From assembly GCF_009914755.1 (NCBI RefSeq), contig NC_060929.1: a stretch of 64,000 nucleotides of DNA; one strand, 5' to 3'. This document shows, in pieces, positions 15,852-29,040 of this stretch. How positions within the stretch are numbered: position 1 is the first letter of the stretch; every line of letters starts with the position of its first letter. Source of the DNA: the human T2T-CHM13v2.0 reference genome, Homo sapiens. Made by a program: the position numbers and the translations under genes. The notes under the pieces were generated by a model. That model did no database searches. It saw only the letters and a program-made list of their open reading frames with translations, and had not been told where the DNA came from.

Positions 15852-15864
15852 AGAGGGCCTAGAT

Positions 15865-16260
15865 TTAAAAACAACTCAGTAGCAACAAGCACATGTGGCT
15901 GCCTAGATCTTAAATTCTAAACACTATTCTCCACTCAAAGGAATAGGACTACCTTGGAGAAATGACTGATTCCAAGGCAAGGATAGGAAAAGTACAAAAT
16001 GAGCTGAGAACATCTCATTGTTTCAGAAAGTAAGAAGTGCTCAAAGTATGACCAAAACTGGGAGAGTTTGAGCATTAAAATAAATAATGATCATAGCAGA
16101 TGATAATACATTGGATAAAATAATAATCTATAAATCCATATTGAAATGAAAAAGGAAGAAAGACAAAAAATAAAGGAAGGAAGGAGGGAAGGAAAGGAAA
16201 AACTTTTGAGGTAGAATGTCAATAATAAAAAAATAAAGTTAGAAAAATCATGATTTCTCA
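15865..16260 (+). mobile_element. L1MC4/5-like 3' UTR fragment
   Basis: cagtagcaacaagcac...ccttggagaaatgactgattccaagg...gaaagtaagaagtgctcaaa. Confidence 0.7.
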
Positions 16261-16309
16261 GACATAACAGAAATACTTGATGGACGCATTTCTACGAGAG
16301 CTCTGAGAA

Positions 16310-16621
16310 GCCAGCTCTCTCCCTCTCTGTCTGGATTTGGATGAGGAAGCCTGTGATCCTGGGAGTAGCTGGCAGTCATAACATTTTGTAGTGTTTCAAC
16401 ATCCTTTTCGGCACTCCACCTTAGTATAAAAATGAAACCAAGAAAGCAGGAAAGGAAAACGGTAGGAAAAGGGGCCCTTCATGCCATTTTTGAATTGGTG
16501 AATCAAACCAATCTTAAGTCTGCCCTAACTCGGGACTTCCAGTTACATAAACCGTTAAGTCTCCTCTATTGCTTACCTCAGCTTTAGTGTTACCTGCAAT
16601 CAAAGTACTCTTGCTGATACA
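16310..16621 (+). mobile_element. Old MLT1 (ERVL-MaLR) LTR, 3' part
   Basis: ggacttccagttacataaacc...ttacctgcaatcaaagtactcttgctgataca terminus. Confidence 0.6.
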
Positions 16622-17043
16622 GACTTGTGATCTCAAAGTTTAAGCCTGCATTTTTACAAGTTTGGTTTCTGTGACACAGTTCAATAGACGTGGCATAATT
16701 AATCTATTCATTATCACTACACAGACATTAGAATTTTTAAGGCCTCACTATCATTACTTGTGGAAGGTTTCAATATAATAAATAATTACAACTCAATGTG
16801 CAATACAAAATGCAAATATTGAAAACCCTGTACATCTCTGAGTTGAGAAGACCTGATCAATGACAGCTATAGTGATTGTGCCAAAATATGACTCTAAGTA
16901 AATGTACCTAAATTCCAGTAATCTATCTCTAGTATAACCAGTAATTTTCTTTCCCTCCTTTTTCCCACCTCAATTTTTCCCTCAGAAATATATATAAAAG
17001 CTGTATCTAAATGTGGCTTTGAAACTGAAAGGTCATTCCAGGG

Positions 17044-17063
17044 GTGTGTGTGTGTGTGTGTGT
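17044..17063. repeat. (GT)n microsatellite
   Basis: Seen directly. Confidence 0.9.
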
Positions 17064-17421
17064 TTCTCCCTTGTGGAAGAGAAATATGGAGGTACACAAT
17101 GGCATTCTAGTTTTGCCCAATAGTTGTAATCTGCTGTACAATGACCTCCACAATTTCATCTCCCTGTATTTTTCCTTTTGTCTCTCTTCTTCTATTCCTT
17201 TTTACTGTATATTATTTACTATGGTGTTCTTTGGGTGGTCATTCAACAGTTTTCCTAATTCTCCTTGAAGATTTTGGTCCTTGGAAAATGTGGATTCTTT
17301 CAGTGCCAATTCATAAATATGTCCTCAGCACAGATTCTCTTTTCTTGGCTTAGTAATAACCAAGCAAGAGTATAGAAATGACCTAACTGGGAAGTAGGCA
17401 TCATTAAAGAATACAAGTACG

Positions 17422-17740
<319 letters not shown>

Positions 17741-18569
17741 TTATTTTTATGTCCATTCTGAAATCTTGGCTCAGGTAACTTATTGTTGAAATGATGATAA
17801 ATTATTTCATTTCCTAAATTCCGCTAGCAAGAGACATTTCTCCAAAAAGAATAAAAAGAAAACAGCAAGTTGGCCTTTATGTTTTAAAATTACTTTTTTC
17901 TCTCCAAACCAAAAAGTGAAAACTCTTACTCACATTATTCTAATTATCTTAATTTTGTTAAAACGAACAAATATGGCAGGCCATACTTAGAAGAACTTTA
18001 AGTGATAAACCTCCAGTTAGAGAAATGCACTCCCCCAAAATAAACATTAACTGGCTTTTAAATTAATTGTTGTTTTTATTTCAGCGTTTCCCCTCTTGTC
18101 CTTAAAAACTCTTTATTTCCAAGCTCAGCTTGAAGGAAACTAAATAATAATGAAAAACTGTTTCATTGTATGCTTAGTGGAATATGTTGAATTATGGTCA
18201 ATAAGAACATAACTTCACATTTTTAATACAAACTTTATGGATTCAAGGAGCATAGAGAAATGTCTATTTGATTTGAATGAGCACAATAAAAATATACAGA
18301 GCTCCTAAAATATTTCAAGTACCCTGCTACATTAAATTCCAAATGCATTCCTTATTATCAGATCTCTTTGAACATAAATTGATAAATAAACAAAGGAACC
18401 AACATGGCCTTTGGTTTCTTCATCTCTAAAACAAGGTGGTAAGATTAATACTGTTTTCATGCTACAAAAAAAGTCTGTGACTCCCATTTGTATCTTCTCA
18501 TTTTCAGGTAAGAAGCAATATTGCCACAGCCTGCATGATGGATGGTAAATGTCAAAAAAAAAAATTTAT

Positions 18570-20280
18570 GAATTCTGAAAAATAATGGCAATAGCAGTGA
18601 CATAGTTTTTTAAACTCCCAAATGCCAGCATCAGAAAAAGAAAGGGCAACTAAATGGCAAAACCAAAAAACAAACAAGCAAACAAATAAACAAAAACCAA
18701 TGGAAATGCTTAGAGCAAAAGTAGATAAGATGTTCCCAACCTCAAAATGGAAATGTGTGAGGACAAGTCACCAACATCCACCAGAGACCTGCATGGTATC
18801 AAATCTGTGTGGGAGAAAGCAGAGTAATCACAGAGCAAGTGAGGAACCTGAGAATGGGAGAGCCTCCAAATAGCCAACCAGTATTCACTGGAAAGCGTGG
18901 AGAGCGTATTTGAGAATGGAGGCAGAAACTAGCCAAGTTTCCAAATCTAAAACAGGTGAGAAAAATAAGTATTTCATAAGCTTTGAATTGAATGGAGCAG
19001 TCTATGAACTTTCAGAAGTGATCAGCTGGGGCTCTCTTCCAGAACAGAACCCCCACATTGGGATGAAACTCCTGGGGGTATATCAAATTGAGCAGGATAG
19101 TGTTAAGACAAAAGAGGAGAAGGGGCTTATGGAAAGAGGCCAGGAAATCTCAGAAAGCAAGACACTATCTTGCTTGGGTATACCTGAAAACAACAATAGG
19201 GAAAACTATGAGAAGTTAGAAATACTATCCTGGCCCATGTGTTTTAAAAGTTGAGAAAAACTAATTTCTCATAAAAATTTGGAGAGACAACAATTGAGGT
19301 CAAATTTCACGCCTTGATATAAGAAAAAAAAAAAGGCTAAGAAGCAGAAAAACACTACCAATAATGAAAGCATGCCAGAAAAATGTGCCCACATATCAGA
19401 CAAACTACTTCAAAATGAGCTAATAGATATTAAGAAATAGTATAAGATATGAAAGAACATCAGAATCCAAAAAAACTCATAAATGAAGTGACAGCTCAAA
19501 AAATAATTCAAAATAAATTTTTTAAAAACCATTTTAGTAATGAAGAATAAACTTGAAGGAGCAGAAAAGCAAATAGACATAGTATGTAATGTCTTATGAG
19601 AATGATAAGATGAAAAGAAGGATTATTTTCAAAATTAAAAGGGAATTAAGACAAAAATATAAAAGCAATGAAGACAGTTAAAAATGATTTAAGACAAAGT
19701 GGTAAATATTGAACATAAGCAAAGACAATTTATACTGATAAAAGGAGTCCCTGAAAAAAGAAAACCTAAGCAAGATTTGAGAACATTTACTAAAAACTAT
19801 AATTTAATAAAACTTTCCTTAAAATTTTCCCAGCTGGGCACAGTGGTTCACATCTGTAAGCCCAGCACTTTGGGAGGCTGAGCTGGGAGGATTGCTTGAG
19901 CACAGGAGTTTGAGACCATCCTGGACAACACGGTGAAACCCCATCTCTACAAAAAACATTTTTTTTTAGTCAAGTATGATGGTTCATTCCTGTGGTCCCA
20001 GCTGCTTGGGAGGCTAAGGCAGAAGGATTACTTGCCCAGGAGGTGGAGGTTGAAGTGAGCCGTGTTCATGCCACTGCATCCCAGCCTGGGCGACAGAGCA
20101 AGACTCTGTATCAATTGAAAAAAAAAAAATCCCCTAAACTACGTATGAAGGTTCATAATTACTAACAACAAGACATATGCTAGTAGAATTTCTGGAGTTT
20201 AAAGAAAAAGTGAAATATCCATTAGGCATTTAAAAAAAGAAGAACAAGTGACTTATAGAGGAAAGAAAACTAAATTGTAT
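18570..20280 (+). mobile_element. Ancient L1M/HAL1-like 5' UTR and ORF1-like region
   Basis: aatggcaatagcagtgacatagtttttt start, then A-rich degenerate ORF1-like sequence (ggagtccctgaaaaaagaaaa, acaagtgacttatagagg). Confidence 0.55.
19832..20129 (+). mobile_element. AluJ
   Basis: gggaggattgcttgagc J-type diagnostic and an A tail. Confidence 0.9.
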
Positions 20281-22118
20281 TCCTAGTGCTCAGATTGTGG
20301 TCTTAAAATATCATTTCTACTAGGGCATCTTACAGCATGATTCTCAGTAGGGGTGACATTGCCCCCAAAGGGGAAAAAATTGGTTTACGGGGGATGAAAA
20401 AAGTCTTACAATTGTTTGTGATCTTCCAAAGCTCAACCCAACCTGAAAAAAAATCTTATTTCTTAGTATTTAATTTAATTACTTTAATTTTAGTTATTAG
20501 ATATTAATTTTAGCTTAATTAAAAAATTTTGATTTTTTCTTGGGGGGTGAAAATTTTTTGAGAGATTGAGATACAGTCTCAGATGGCTGATTACAGAGCT
20601 AGAACAAGAAATATATAAAATAAATCTGGAATATTTTGTCACGCCAGATAAGAAGCCACTATCAAAGATTATTAGGGTTACATCCAAAAATTCAAGAACT
20701 TGGAGAGACTTCCACTGGTTAAAGATGAGCTTCAATAAAGACAATAATTGCCATGAATTGAAATCTACCAAACATATTTAAGCCATAAGTTTATAATGAT
20801 ACTAAAAAGTAGTCATTGGTCACCTTCAGAGATTGATAAGAAACTAATTCCTTATCTCAAATTCTACCTTTCTATTATGCCCTATACCACTGGGTAATGA
20901 TTATTTTTGAACTCAATGAATTAAGAGATATAGTATGTTCACATGACAAAAATAGAGACAACCAGACATTCTGTGCCTCCCATAGTTTTTGCAAATACCA
21001 CCAAGTCTTGCAGAAGGCATCATATGATCCGTTGTTGTCATAAAAAACTTAAGAACAGCTTGAAGGTTCTTACTGGCCAAAACTGTATCAATTTCAGCAT
21101 TAAAATTAATAGTGATAATAAAGTGTTCCAATCTGTGCATCCAAGCTCATAGAAATATGTAGGAATATATATTTCTTTTTAATAAATATTAAAGAAATAA
21201 GAGAATTAAAAATTGCAGCCATCATAGTAATAATTGAATCAGGCAAGAATCAACAATGGGTACTAAAAGTAATAGGAGATAGTTTGCTGAGAAACATTTA
21301 TATAAACTCAACATTTCTCCACACAAAGTACTTAACTAATTACAAAGGGGAAGGGGAAAATATAATTATTTCACAGAAGAGAAAACTGACAGACACCACT
21401 TCAAACCAATGATTCAATTTAACATCACCAAAAATGGGACAAATTGACATTGTATATCTCCTGATATGATACATCGTGAAGAACAGAGTACTTGTGTAAT
21501 ATTCCTGCCAAAAATTCATAAATAGAATTTAATCGTGAAGAAATACTGAACTCCTAAATTAGGCGACATTCAACCAAAGCAAAAAAATAATATGTATACC
21601 TTAAAAATGTCATAGTTACAAAAGACAAGAAAATACTAAAACTATTCTAGACCAAACAAAACTAAAGAGACATGACAATTAAATGCAACATGTAATTCTA
21701 GATTAGGTCTTGCATCCATTTGCTATAGGGTATTATTGGAACAATTAGCAAAATGTAAGTAGGGTCTCTGGATTCAATGGCAGAATTGTGTCAATGTTAA
21801 TTTTCTCTTTCAGTTGGTTATACTGTGATTACCTGGGTTGTATAGTGGTTACTTCAGAAACTGCATACTGAATATTAGAGGAAATAAGGCATCTTGACTG
21901 CAATTCACTGTAAATTTGTTCAGAAAAGAAATTGTGGGCAGTGGTTGGTGGGGTGGGGGCGGCAGGGGCGGTGCCAAAGAGCGAGACAGAATGATAAAGT
22001 AAATGTGGTAAAATGTGAACAATTGGTGAAACTGACTCAGGAGTATAGGGTGGCTCTTTGTTCTTGCAACTTATTTGAAAGTTTGATATTATTTCAAAAT
22101 AAAACGTTGAAGAAAAAA
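20281..22118 (+). mobile_element. L1MC4-like long 3' UTR
   Basis: cctagtgctcagattgtggtc...agagacatgacaattaaatgcaacatg...ttatttcaaaataaaa. Confidence 0.7.
20333..20568. mobile_element. hAT-Charlie-type MITE, copy 1
   Basis: ttctcagtaggggtgacattgcccccaaaggggaaaaaattgg...ttgagagattg, with Charlie-like TIR remnants. Confidence 0.6.
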
Positions 22119-22281
22119 ACCTCTCTGTCAAACAACTTTTAGGTCAAAGAAGAAACCCAAAATCACAGAATGTCTTTAATGACATTAAAAACACTATATT
22201 ACAACAAGGATTGTGCCTATTTCATAGGGCTAATCTGAGACTTAAATGAAATTTGAAAGTGCTTAGGAAGTATTTATTAAA

Positions 22282-22497
22282 TGATGCATTCTCAACAGAG
22301 AGTATATTACCTCCCAAGAGGTGAAAATTGGTTCTTGGGAAGTGAAAAATATTAGACATTAAAATCATTTGTGGTTGACCAAAGCTCAACTCTATTCAAC
22401 AAAATTTTATCCTTCACTATACCATTTTTTATTAATGATAAATTTAAATTTTTTCTTTTTAAAAGGACAATAATGAAATAAAGGTTGAAAATTATTA
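22282..22497. mobile_element. hAT-Charlie-type MITE, copy 2
   Basis: ttctcaacagagagtatattacctcccaagaggtgaaaattggttcttggg...ccaaagctcaac...ggttgaaaattatt. Same family as 20333. Confidence 0.6.
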
Positions 22498-22499
22498 CC

Positions 22500-22790
22500 A
22501 AGAAAACTCCAATATGCTACATAGCCTGTGAAGAAAATATATGGCCTCAAATACTTACATTGTTAATTTTAAAAAAAGAAAATCTAAGCATTACATTCAA
22601 TAGATTAGAACAGGCAAACAAAACAATCCCATAAGAAAAAGCAATAAAATAATAAGTGTAAAACCAGAAATTAATGAATTTTAAAAACCAAAAAATGAGC
22701 AGAACTAATAAGGTCAGGTTAAAACAGTAAAAAAAAACACATACAAACTGACTCAAAAAAACATGCAAGTTACAAAACAACACACAGAGT
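22500..22790 (+). mobile_element. Old L1M ORF2 fragment
   Basis: aaaaaagaaaatctaagc...aaaccagaaattaatgaa, degenerate ORF2 linker-like sequence. Confidence 0.45.
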
Positions 22791-22799
22791 ATATTCTAC

Positions 22800-23880
22800 A
22801 CATCTTACACCCTACCTCACACCCTCATGACCCACCTTTGCCAACAGCCATTGCTATGGAAACAAAATGCATGCAGGTGTAGCATGTCCCTCATCTCTAC
22901 CAGGGGTTTTCTACAACTATGGTCAATATAAAACAGCTGTCCGAGAGCTGGCAGATTCTTGATTCACTGGCATAAGATTCAAAGCAGTAATTTGCAGTGA
23001 AGGAGATACAACAATGGACACATGTCCACAGCCTAACAGGACAATGAAATGGCCCATTAAAGGCTCAACTAAGGAGCCAGTTCTAGGAGAAGACTCTATG
23101 TGGTCAGGGCACCATCCTCCCAGATGAAGTTATATGCATGGAATCAGTGATCAATATAGCAGGCTATGTTGTTCATAGCTGGAATACAAAAACAGGATGC
23201 AAATAGGATTGGTCTCTCATTATCACACTCCATGACTCATTTGCAGAATTTGTGCTTCCTGTCCCCTCAACATTATCCTCTACTAGATACTTCCTTCAAG
23301 AGACCCAGCCGGGGTTCCACTCAACCTGGAGTTTTGACAACCATATGGACTTTGTCATAGCAGGCAAAGAAAAAAATCACCATGGGGGTACAGATAATTG
23401 GCCCTGAATACCATGAGGTGCTAGAGTTGCCACTATACAATGGGAACCGGAAACAGCATATTTGAAACCCAAGAAACCCACTAGGACATCTCCTCGTGTT
23501 TCCTTAGTGAACATTAAGATGAGATTAAAAACACTGTTACAACAATGATTGCCCATCTCATAGGGTTAATCTGAGGCTTAAATAACATTTGAGCTAAAAA
23601 AAATTATGGCCCAGTAAGGGCAAAGCATTGAAGACTCAGATCCCTCAGGAATGAAGGTCTAGATCACTATATCTGATAGAAACCTAGGCTTTCTGAAGTG
23701 CTGCCTGAAGGTGGAAGAAACCAGAACAGGTGGTAGAAATGGGAGATGATAAATACCCCATTGTAGGCTCAGAACAATGACAGCAGCAACAACCTGCTTG
23801 TTCTACTAACCTTCCTCTATTAAGTCTTTTGGAAATGTTGTAGCCACTGCCATAGTGAAGTTTCTGTAATGGAGTGGATT
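22800..23880 (+). mobile_element. ERVL-class internal sequence (HERV16/ERVL-like pol 3' region)
   Basis: aatggcccattaaaggctcaactaagg, accatcctcccagatg, gcaggcaaagaaaaaaatcacc...taattggccctga, gatccctcaggaatgaaggtct. Followed by an LTR16-like LTR. Confidence 0.7.
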
Positions 23881-23884
23881 TAAA

Positions 23885-24126
23885 GGAGGGAGATATCTCC
23901 CATTGTCTGACCCAGGGTTTCTCTGATGCTGCTGTGTGGGACACTTGCCGAACCCATGTGGTCTGTTGGATGCATGAAGGAGCCTGAATTGCAGGAAATT
24001 AATAGTCCATAGAGAAGCCCTAAGCATGGCGGTGTAAGAACCAAGGGATATAATTGCTCTCCTCTTCTGACCCTCAGGTAGATAATTCTGAGGCACATTC
24101 CTCCCAGCTTCTCAGAGGGCCTCCAG
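23885..24126 (+). mobile_element. LTR16-family LTR, 5' part
   Basis: gataattctgaggcacattcctcccagcttctcagagggcctccagc. Confidence 0.6.
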
Positions 24127-24127
24127 C

Positions 24128-25477
24128 TGGTCCTTCAGGAGCTATTCCAGAAGGAGGCATTGTTATCATGGCAGATGACAGCTCCATGCCTGTTATTGCC
24201 CTGAAGACCTTCTAGTGGGACAAGACGTGGAGGTGGAAGACGATAATATTGATGATCCTGACCCTGTTTAGGCCTAAGCTAATGTGTGTGCTTATGCTTG
24301 CATCTTAGCTTTTAACAAAGAATTTTAAAAGTAAAAATAATAAATTTTAAAAATCTTCTAGAATAAGGATACAAAGAAAACATATTCTACAGCTGTCCAA
24401 TGTGTTTCAAGCTAAGCATTATTATAAAAGCATCAAAAAGCTTAAAAATTTTTAAAGTTTATAAAGTAAGAAAGTTACAGTAAGCTAAGATTAATTTATC
24501 ATTGAAAAAAGTTTTTTAATAAATTTGGTGTAGACTAAGTATAGTGTTTATCAACTCTACAGTAGTGTACAGTTGTGTCCTTGGGCTTCTAGATTCACTC
24601 ACCACTCACTCACTCAGAGCAATTTCCAGTCCTGCAAACTCCATTCATGCTAAGTGCCCTACATAGGTGTATTATCTGTTATTGAGCGAAAGGGACTCTG
24701 CCTGATGCATTCGAAGCCAATACTATGACACCAGGTTTTTGAGAAAAGAAAAGCTTTATGTTGAAAGTTAACTCCCAAGGAGACAGGAGTCAAGCTCAAA
24801 TCTGTCTCCCCATGCTGGCTTTAAGACAGTACTTTTATTAGAAGAGGTTTAGAGGGTGGATTTTGAGATTAGCAGATCACTGGTGGAAGGAAGGGGAAGG
24901 TCTAGAAAGCCCTTGGGCATGCACACTTATCTCTTCATGCTACCTTATGGATTGAATGTGCAAATTCAGGGTGGAATTAGTATAAAACATGTAGTGGAAA
25001 TTTAGGCTGTAACATCAGCAAGCTTGTTCTGCACAAACTCCAGTCAGCCACCTTGGTTATGACAAATTTCAGCCAGTTCTTTTATCTCAGAAGGGAGAGA
25101 GTTTCAGTGTTTCGGCAAGTTATATCTTTTCTTATCTGCCATCCTGCCTCAAGAACTTCTATCATTCATTTCTTTAACTCTTTGGCAGATGGTTTCAGGA
25201 TTACCATTTTTCATCTATTATACCATATTTTTACTATACTTTTTCTATGTTTAGATATATGAATACTTATTATTGTGTTACAGTTGCCTCCAGAATTCAG
25301 TACAGGTATATGCTATACAGAGTTGTGGCCTAGGAGGGACAGGCTATATACCCTATGGACTAGGTGTGTAGTAGGCTATACCATTTAGGTTTAAGTACAC
25401 TTTGCAACATTTGGACAATGATGAAGTCACCTACCACACGTTTCTCATATCCTCACCATTAAGTGACACATGATTGC
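24128..25477 (+). mobile_element. Tigger3 (TcMar) fragment interrupted by an ERV1 LTR
   Basis: ggtccttcaggagctattccagaagg...gatgatcctgaccctg, 3' TIR ttaagtgacacatgattg. Left end missing. Confidence 0.85.
24677..25197 (-). mobile_element. ERV1-class (MER4-group-like) solo LTR
   Basis: TG...CA ends; gaagccaatactatgacaccaggtttttgagaaaagaaaagctttat...ggagacaggagtcaagctcaaatctgtctccc. Subfamily not assigned. Confidence 0.75.
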
Positions 25478-25590
25478 AGTCACTTGATTGACACTTCCTC
25501 CTTCCCAGTCTCACTCTTCCTAGTCCATCACGATTGTTCCCTAAAACCACTTCCCAATATAAATTACATGCTAATAGCATTTTTGCAAAG
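25478..25590 (+). mobile_element. LTR16-family LTR, 3' part
   Basis: ttcctccttcccagtctcactcttcc...accacttcccaatataaattacatgc. Confidence 0.55.
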
Positions 25591-26429
25591 ATTTTCATGG
25601 CATACCAAACAAAAATGTATATAAAAGCAGAGAAAAAACTGAATACAGGTTATTCTTATTTTCATGGTGAATTCTGAATATTCTAAGTTTTCAACACTGA
25701 ACATGCAATAACATTTTCATCCAAAAATGTTGTACAAAACTAATGCTTTCAAAATTTCTAAGGATTTGATTATAATGCCTTGAATTAGCAGCAAAGGCTC
25801 TAGAAACATGAAGATAAATTAGTATCTGAATGTGTTAACACTAGGTTTCTGGTTAAATGGAGTATATTCTCATCTAATTCACCAGTTACTTTTAAATCAC
25901 AGAACTAAATTGGGAGACAAAGTAATTAAAGCTGTGTCCTTACACAAAAATTATTGTTACTTTTTACTTTTTGCTCATTTTGAAGAATTGAGTATTTCTG
26001 ACCTTGAGTCTCAATGAAATTCTGAAATAGTATAAAGCCTTAATCTGGTTGAAAACAAAGATGTCTTTAAAATACTGATGTAAAAATAGCCACGAACAGT
26101 GTTTTATTATAGGAATGTTATTTCACTTTTTTTTTTAGGTTACTGCATGAAAACGAGAAACTTCTGAGCTTTCCTTGTCTCCATTCCCACTGTCCTGATA
26201 TTCCTGTATTTTCCAAATGTCATTTGTAGAAGCCCAGTCACAGACACAACCAATATTACTCTTCAAACAAAACTCCTGGATCCAACACAGAGATACAGTA
26301 ATCAGGACCATCCCAGAGAAGGTTCAGATTGGGGCAAATTATCTTTAGGCCATCCTTCCTCTACCTCTGCCAAAACGTCCCTGTTCTGTACTGTTAAGAT
26401 TAAGAGCACCATGTATTTCCAAACCACAA

Positions 26430-26605
26430 GCTCCTTCACAGCACTTTGTACAACTACGATCACCAAATTAATTCTTGAAAATGAGTAAATGCCTGTTGTT
26501 TCTACTAGACTAGAAATGCCACAATGACAACAGCCATGCCTCTTTGTTCATTGCTATATCTGGGATGCTAGGACACAGCCAGCACCCAGTAGGTGCCACA
26601 TGTAC
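26430..26605 (+). mobile_element. L2 3' fragment
   Basis: ctactagactagaa...ctttgttcattgctatatc...cagcacccagtaggtgcc. Confidence 0.6.
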
Positions 26606-27664
26606 ACTAAAGGCAGCCTTGAAAGAAAGGTTTGCATAGAAATAGGAACAGAAATAGCAGGGATAGTCCCACTTCATTTTCTTGGTGAAAAGGAGATAAT
26701 TAAATCTGATTGTAGGTCATCTCTGTCAGGCAGTCAGAATAATCCTCTAATCCCCTGATCTAGGTGTTTTCTGAGTGCAGTAGTTATCAACACATCCTAA
26801 ATAAATTAAAAGGTCTGTTTCAAATAAAAATTCCTCTGTCAAGAGAATAAATTCTAAATATACTTCTCTTTAATTTATGAATTCCAGGTGGAATTAAAGA
26901 GTCATACCTTATAAGGGAAATTTTTCCTATGTTTACTAAAGTGGGCACTCATTTTGTTTCTTTAGAACACTTTTTTATTACACATCTCTTGATGAATAAA
27001 ATAATGCAATAACAGGGGCTTCATTTTCAGTAAAGCTGAGAAGTCAAACTATATTTCATAAAGCCTGAAAACATAATTTATGTTTTCCATTTAATACCCA
27101 AGTCTGCAAATGTTGACCACTAGAAACACAGGAAACACAGGATTCCTTATTATAGTTTTTGTAATTCTAATACCAAAGGTACAACCAAATAAAGGTCTCA
27201 AATATTTGTGCTTAATTTTAATTTTCCTTTAGCTGTGGTACGTAATGTTTTCCTTTCTACATGAGTGGAAGGGGTCTAAACTTTTGAAGTCAGCTCTTTT
27301 ATATTCACAATGAGTTTCAAGCAGTAGAAATAACCTTGGAGACAATTTACCTATACCTAATTTTAAAGTATGTATTTTAAAATGTATTTGACTATCTTTA
27401 TAGGAATAGTACAGTATAGAGAGTAGAGCTTCATAGGAAATCACAACTTACCAAGCTCGCTAACGAAGACCGGCCTCAGGAAGAGATACCTTGCTGATAT
27501 GCACAGTTTTTTCTTCTTGAGGGCAACAGATCTTCCACATTGTGTTCCCCTTTTGCCCCAACATACGTTTTGCACATAGTAGGCACTCAACAAATTTGTT
27601 TTCCATTGAATTTAACTCTTTCCTCAAAGTTGAGGTTTATACCCAAAGGTAAACTAACAGCAGT

Positions 27665-28114
27665 AGAAGTTGTTGCCCCTCTCAGATAACCTTTGTGGAT
27701 AGATAAGCTCACCTCCCAGCTGCTGAAATTGCTCTAGCTAACAGCTTATACCTGTGACCATCTCTAGAGCATTGCCTCAGCTGGAGATGCCTGGAAAATC
27801 ACATCACCATTATCACCATGCCACGCCCACCCCTGAGGATGGCCAATGATTGGCTAACACAGAATACAGAGCAGGTTCCTCTTGCCTGGAGACCGGACAG
27901 CTCCAGGTGGAACCACTTACACTCCAGAGCCCTCTGCAAATCAGGCCAAGGCTGGATGTTATCCAAGACCATATCATTGCTCAATGCCTCCCCTTTGCCA
28001 ATTCTGCTGCCTTCACTCCCTTACAGATTTTTCCTGAGAAGCATTTCCTTGTTAACTTACATATACCCAAATCCCTGCCTCAGGTTCTTCTTTTAAGTAA
28101 TATAATCTAAAACA
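27665..28114 (+). mobile_element. ERVL LTR16-family solo LTR
   Basis: cccagctgctgaa...ccaatgattggct...actccagagccc...caaatccctgcctcaggttcttctttt...atctaaaaca. Confidence 0.65.
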
Positions 28115-28789
28115 CACGTACTCTCTCCCCCACCCCAAATCTGCCAGTATGACTCATATCCTTGATAAGTTGAGCTTGGGTTTACTTCTGCTTAACTTTG
28201 TTTAATAAGTATTGACTATTGCCTGAGCTTCCCCAGGCAAAGACAAAGCGCTGGTTCCTAAAAAGGCAAAGTGTCCCAATCAGGCCTGAGATTAGTCAAG
28301 AGGTCATCTTTAAGTATGCTCCTGCAGTGTCAAGGCTACTTGAAAACATAGTTAACAATTCTGAACATAATTGATTGTAAGACTCAAGGGGCTAGATTCC
28401 AAGATAAAATTAGGATGGAAAAATTCACATTCAAATGATTTGCCATTAATTATTATCACATAAGATTGTACAGTTATTAGACCACTAAGAGTCTGATAAC
28501 CTAGTTCTCAATAAATAACAGTATTTAATTGCGTTATTGTGCAAAAGTTCATAGCAAATGTATATGTCATATATTATAGTTACATAGAGAATCAAATTTG
28601 ATATATGAATTAATACAAGATAGAACTTTCTCATATAAACATCTAAGAAACAGAAGAGTTGAGGTATAGTTTTTACCAACAACTAGAATGAGAAAGTAAA
28701 TGATCATGTTCAACAGCAAACATTTCCAGCCCTCTCCCAGTGTCAATAATCAGGTGACTTTAAGCTGCATCTCTGTAATTCTCTAGATC

Positions 28790-29040
28790 TTCATGATCTC
28801 AAGGTGGCTGCAAAAGCTCCAAATATCATGTTTCCACCAGAATTGCAAAGACAAAAAGCACAAAGGGATAGCTGTCTCTCACTGGGAGAAGAAATCTTTC
28901 CCAAGCTCCCCTAGGAAATGTACCTGGGTCAGAACCCAGCCTCTTGACCACTCCAAGCCAGAGAATAAGCCCATTTACCCGAAGACCATTTTCTCTGTCT
29001 CAAAGCTGAACAAAATTGGAGATGGTGGAAGCAAAGTTCT
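28790..29040 (-). mobile_element. Old MLT1 fragment
   Basis: caaggtggctgcaaaagctcca...aaatctttcccaagctcccc. Confidence 0.45.

Noticed and set aside
18622-19254. 83-aa and 114-aa plus-strand ORFs
   Set aside because: They lie within an ancient L1/HAL1-like 5' region and show no recognisable domain.
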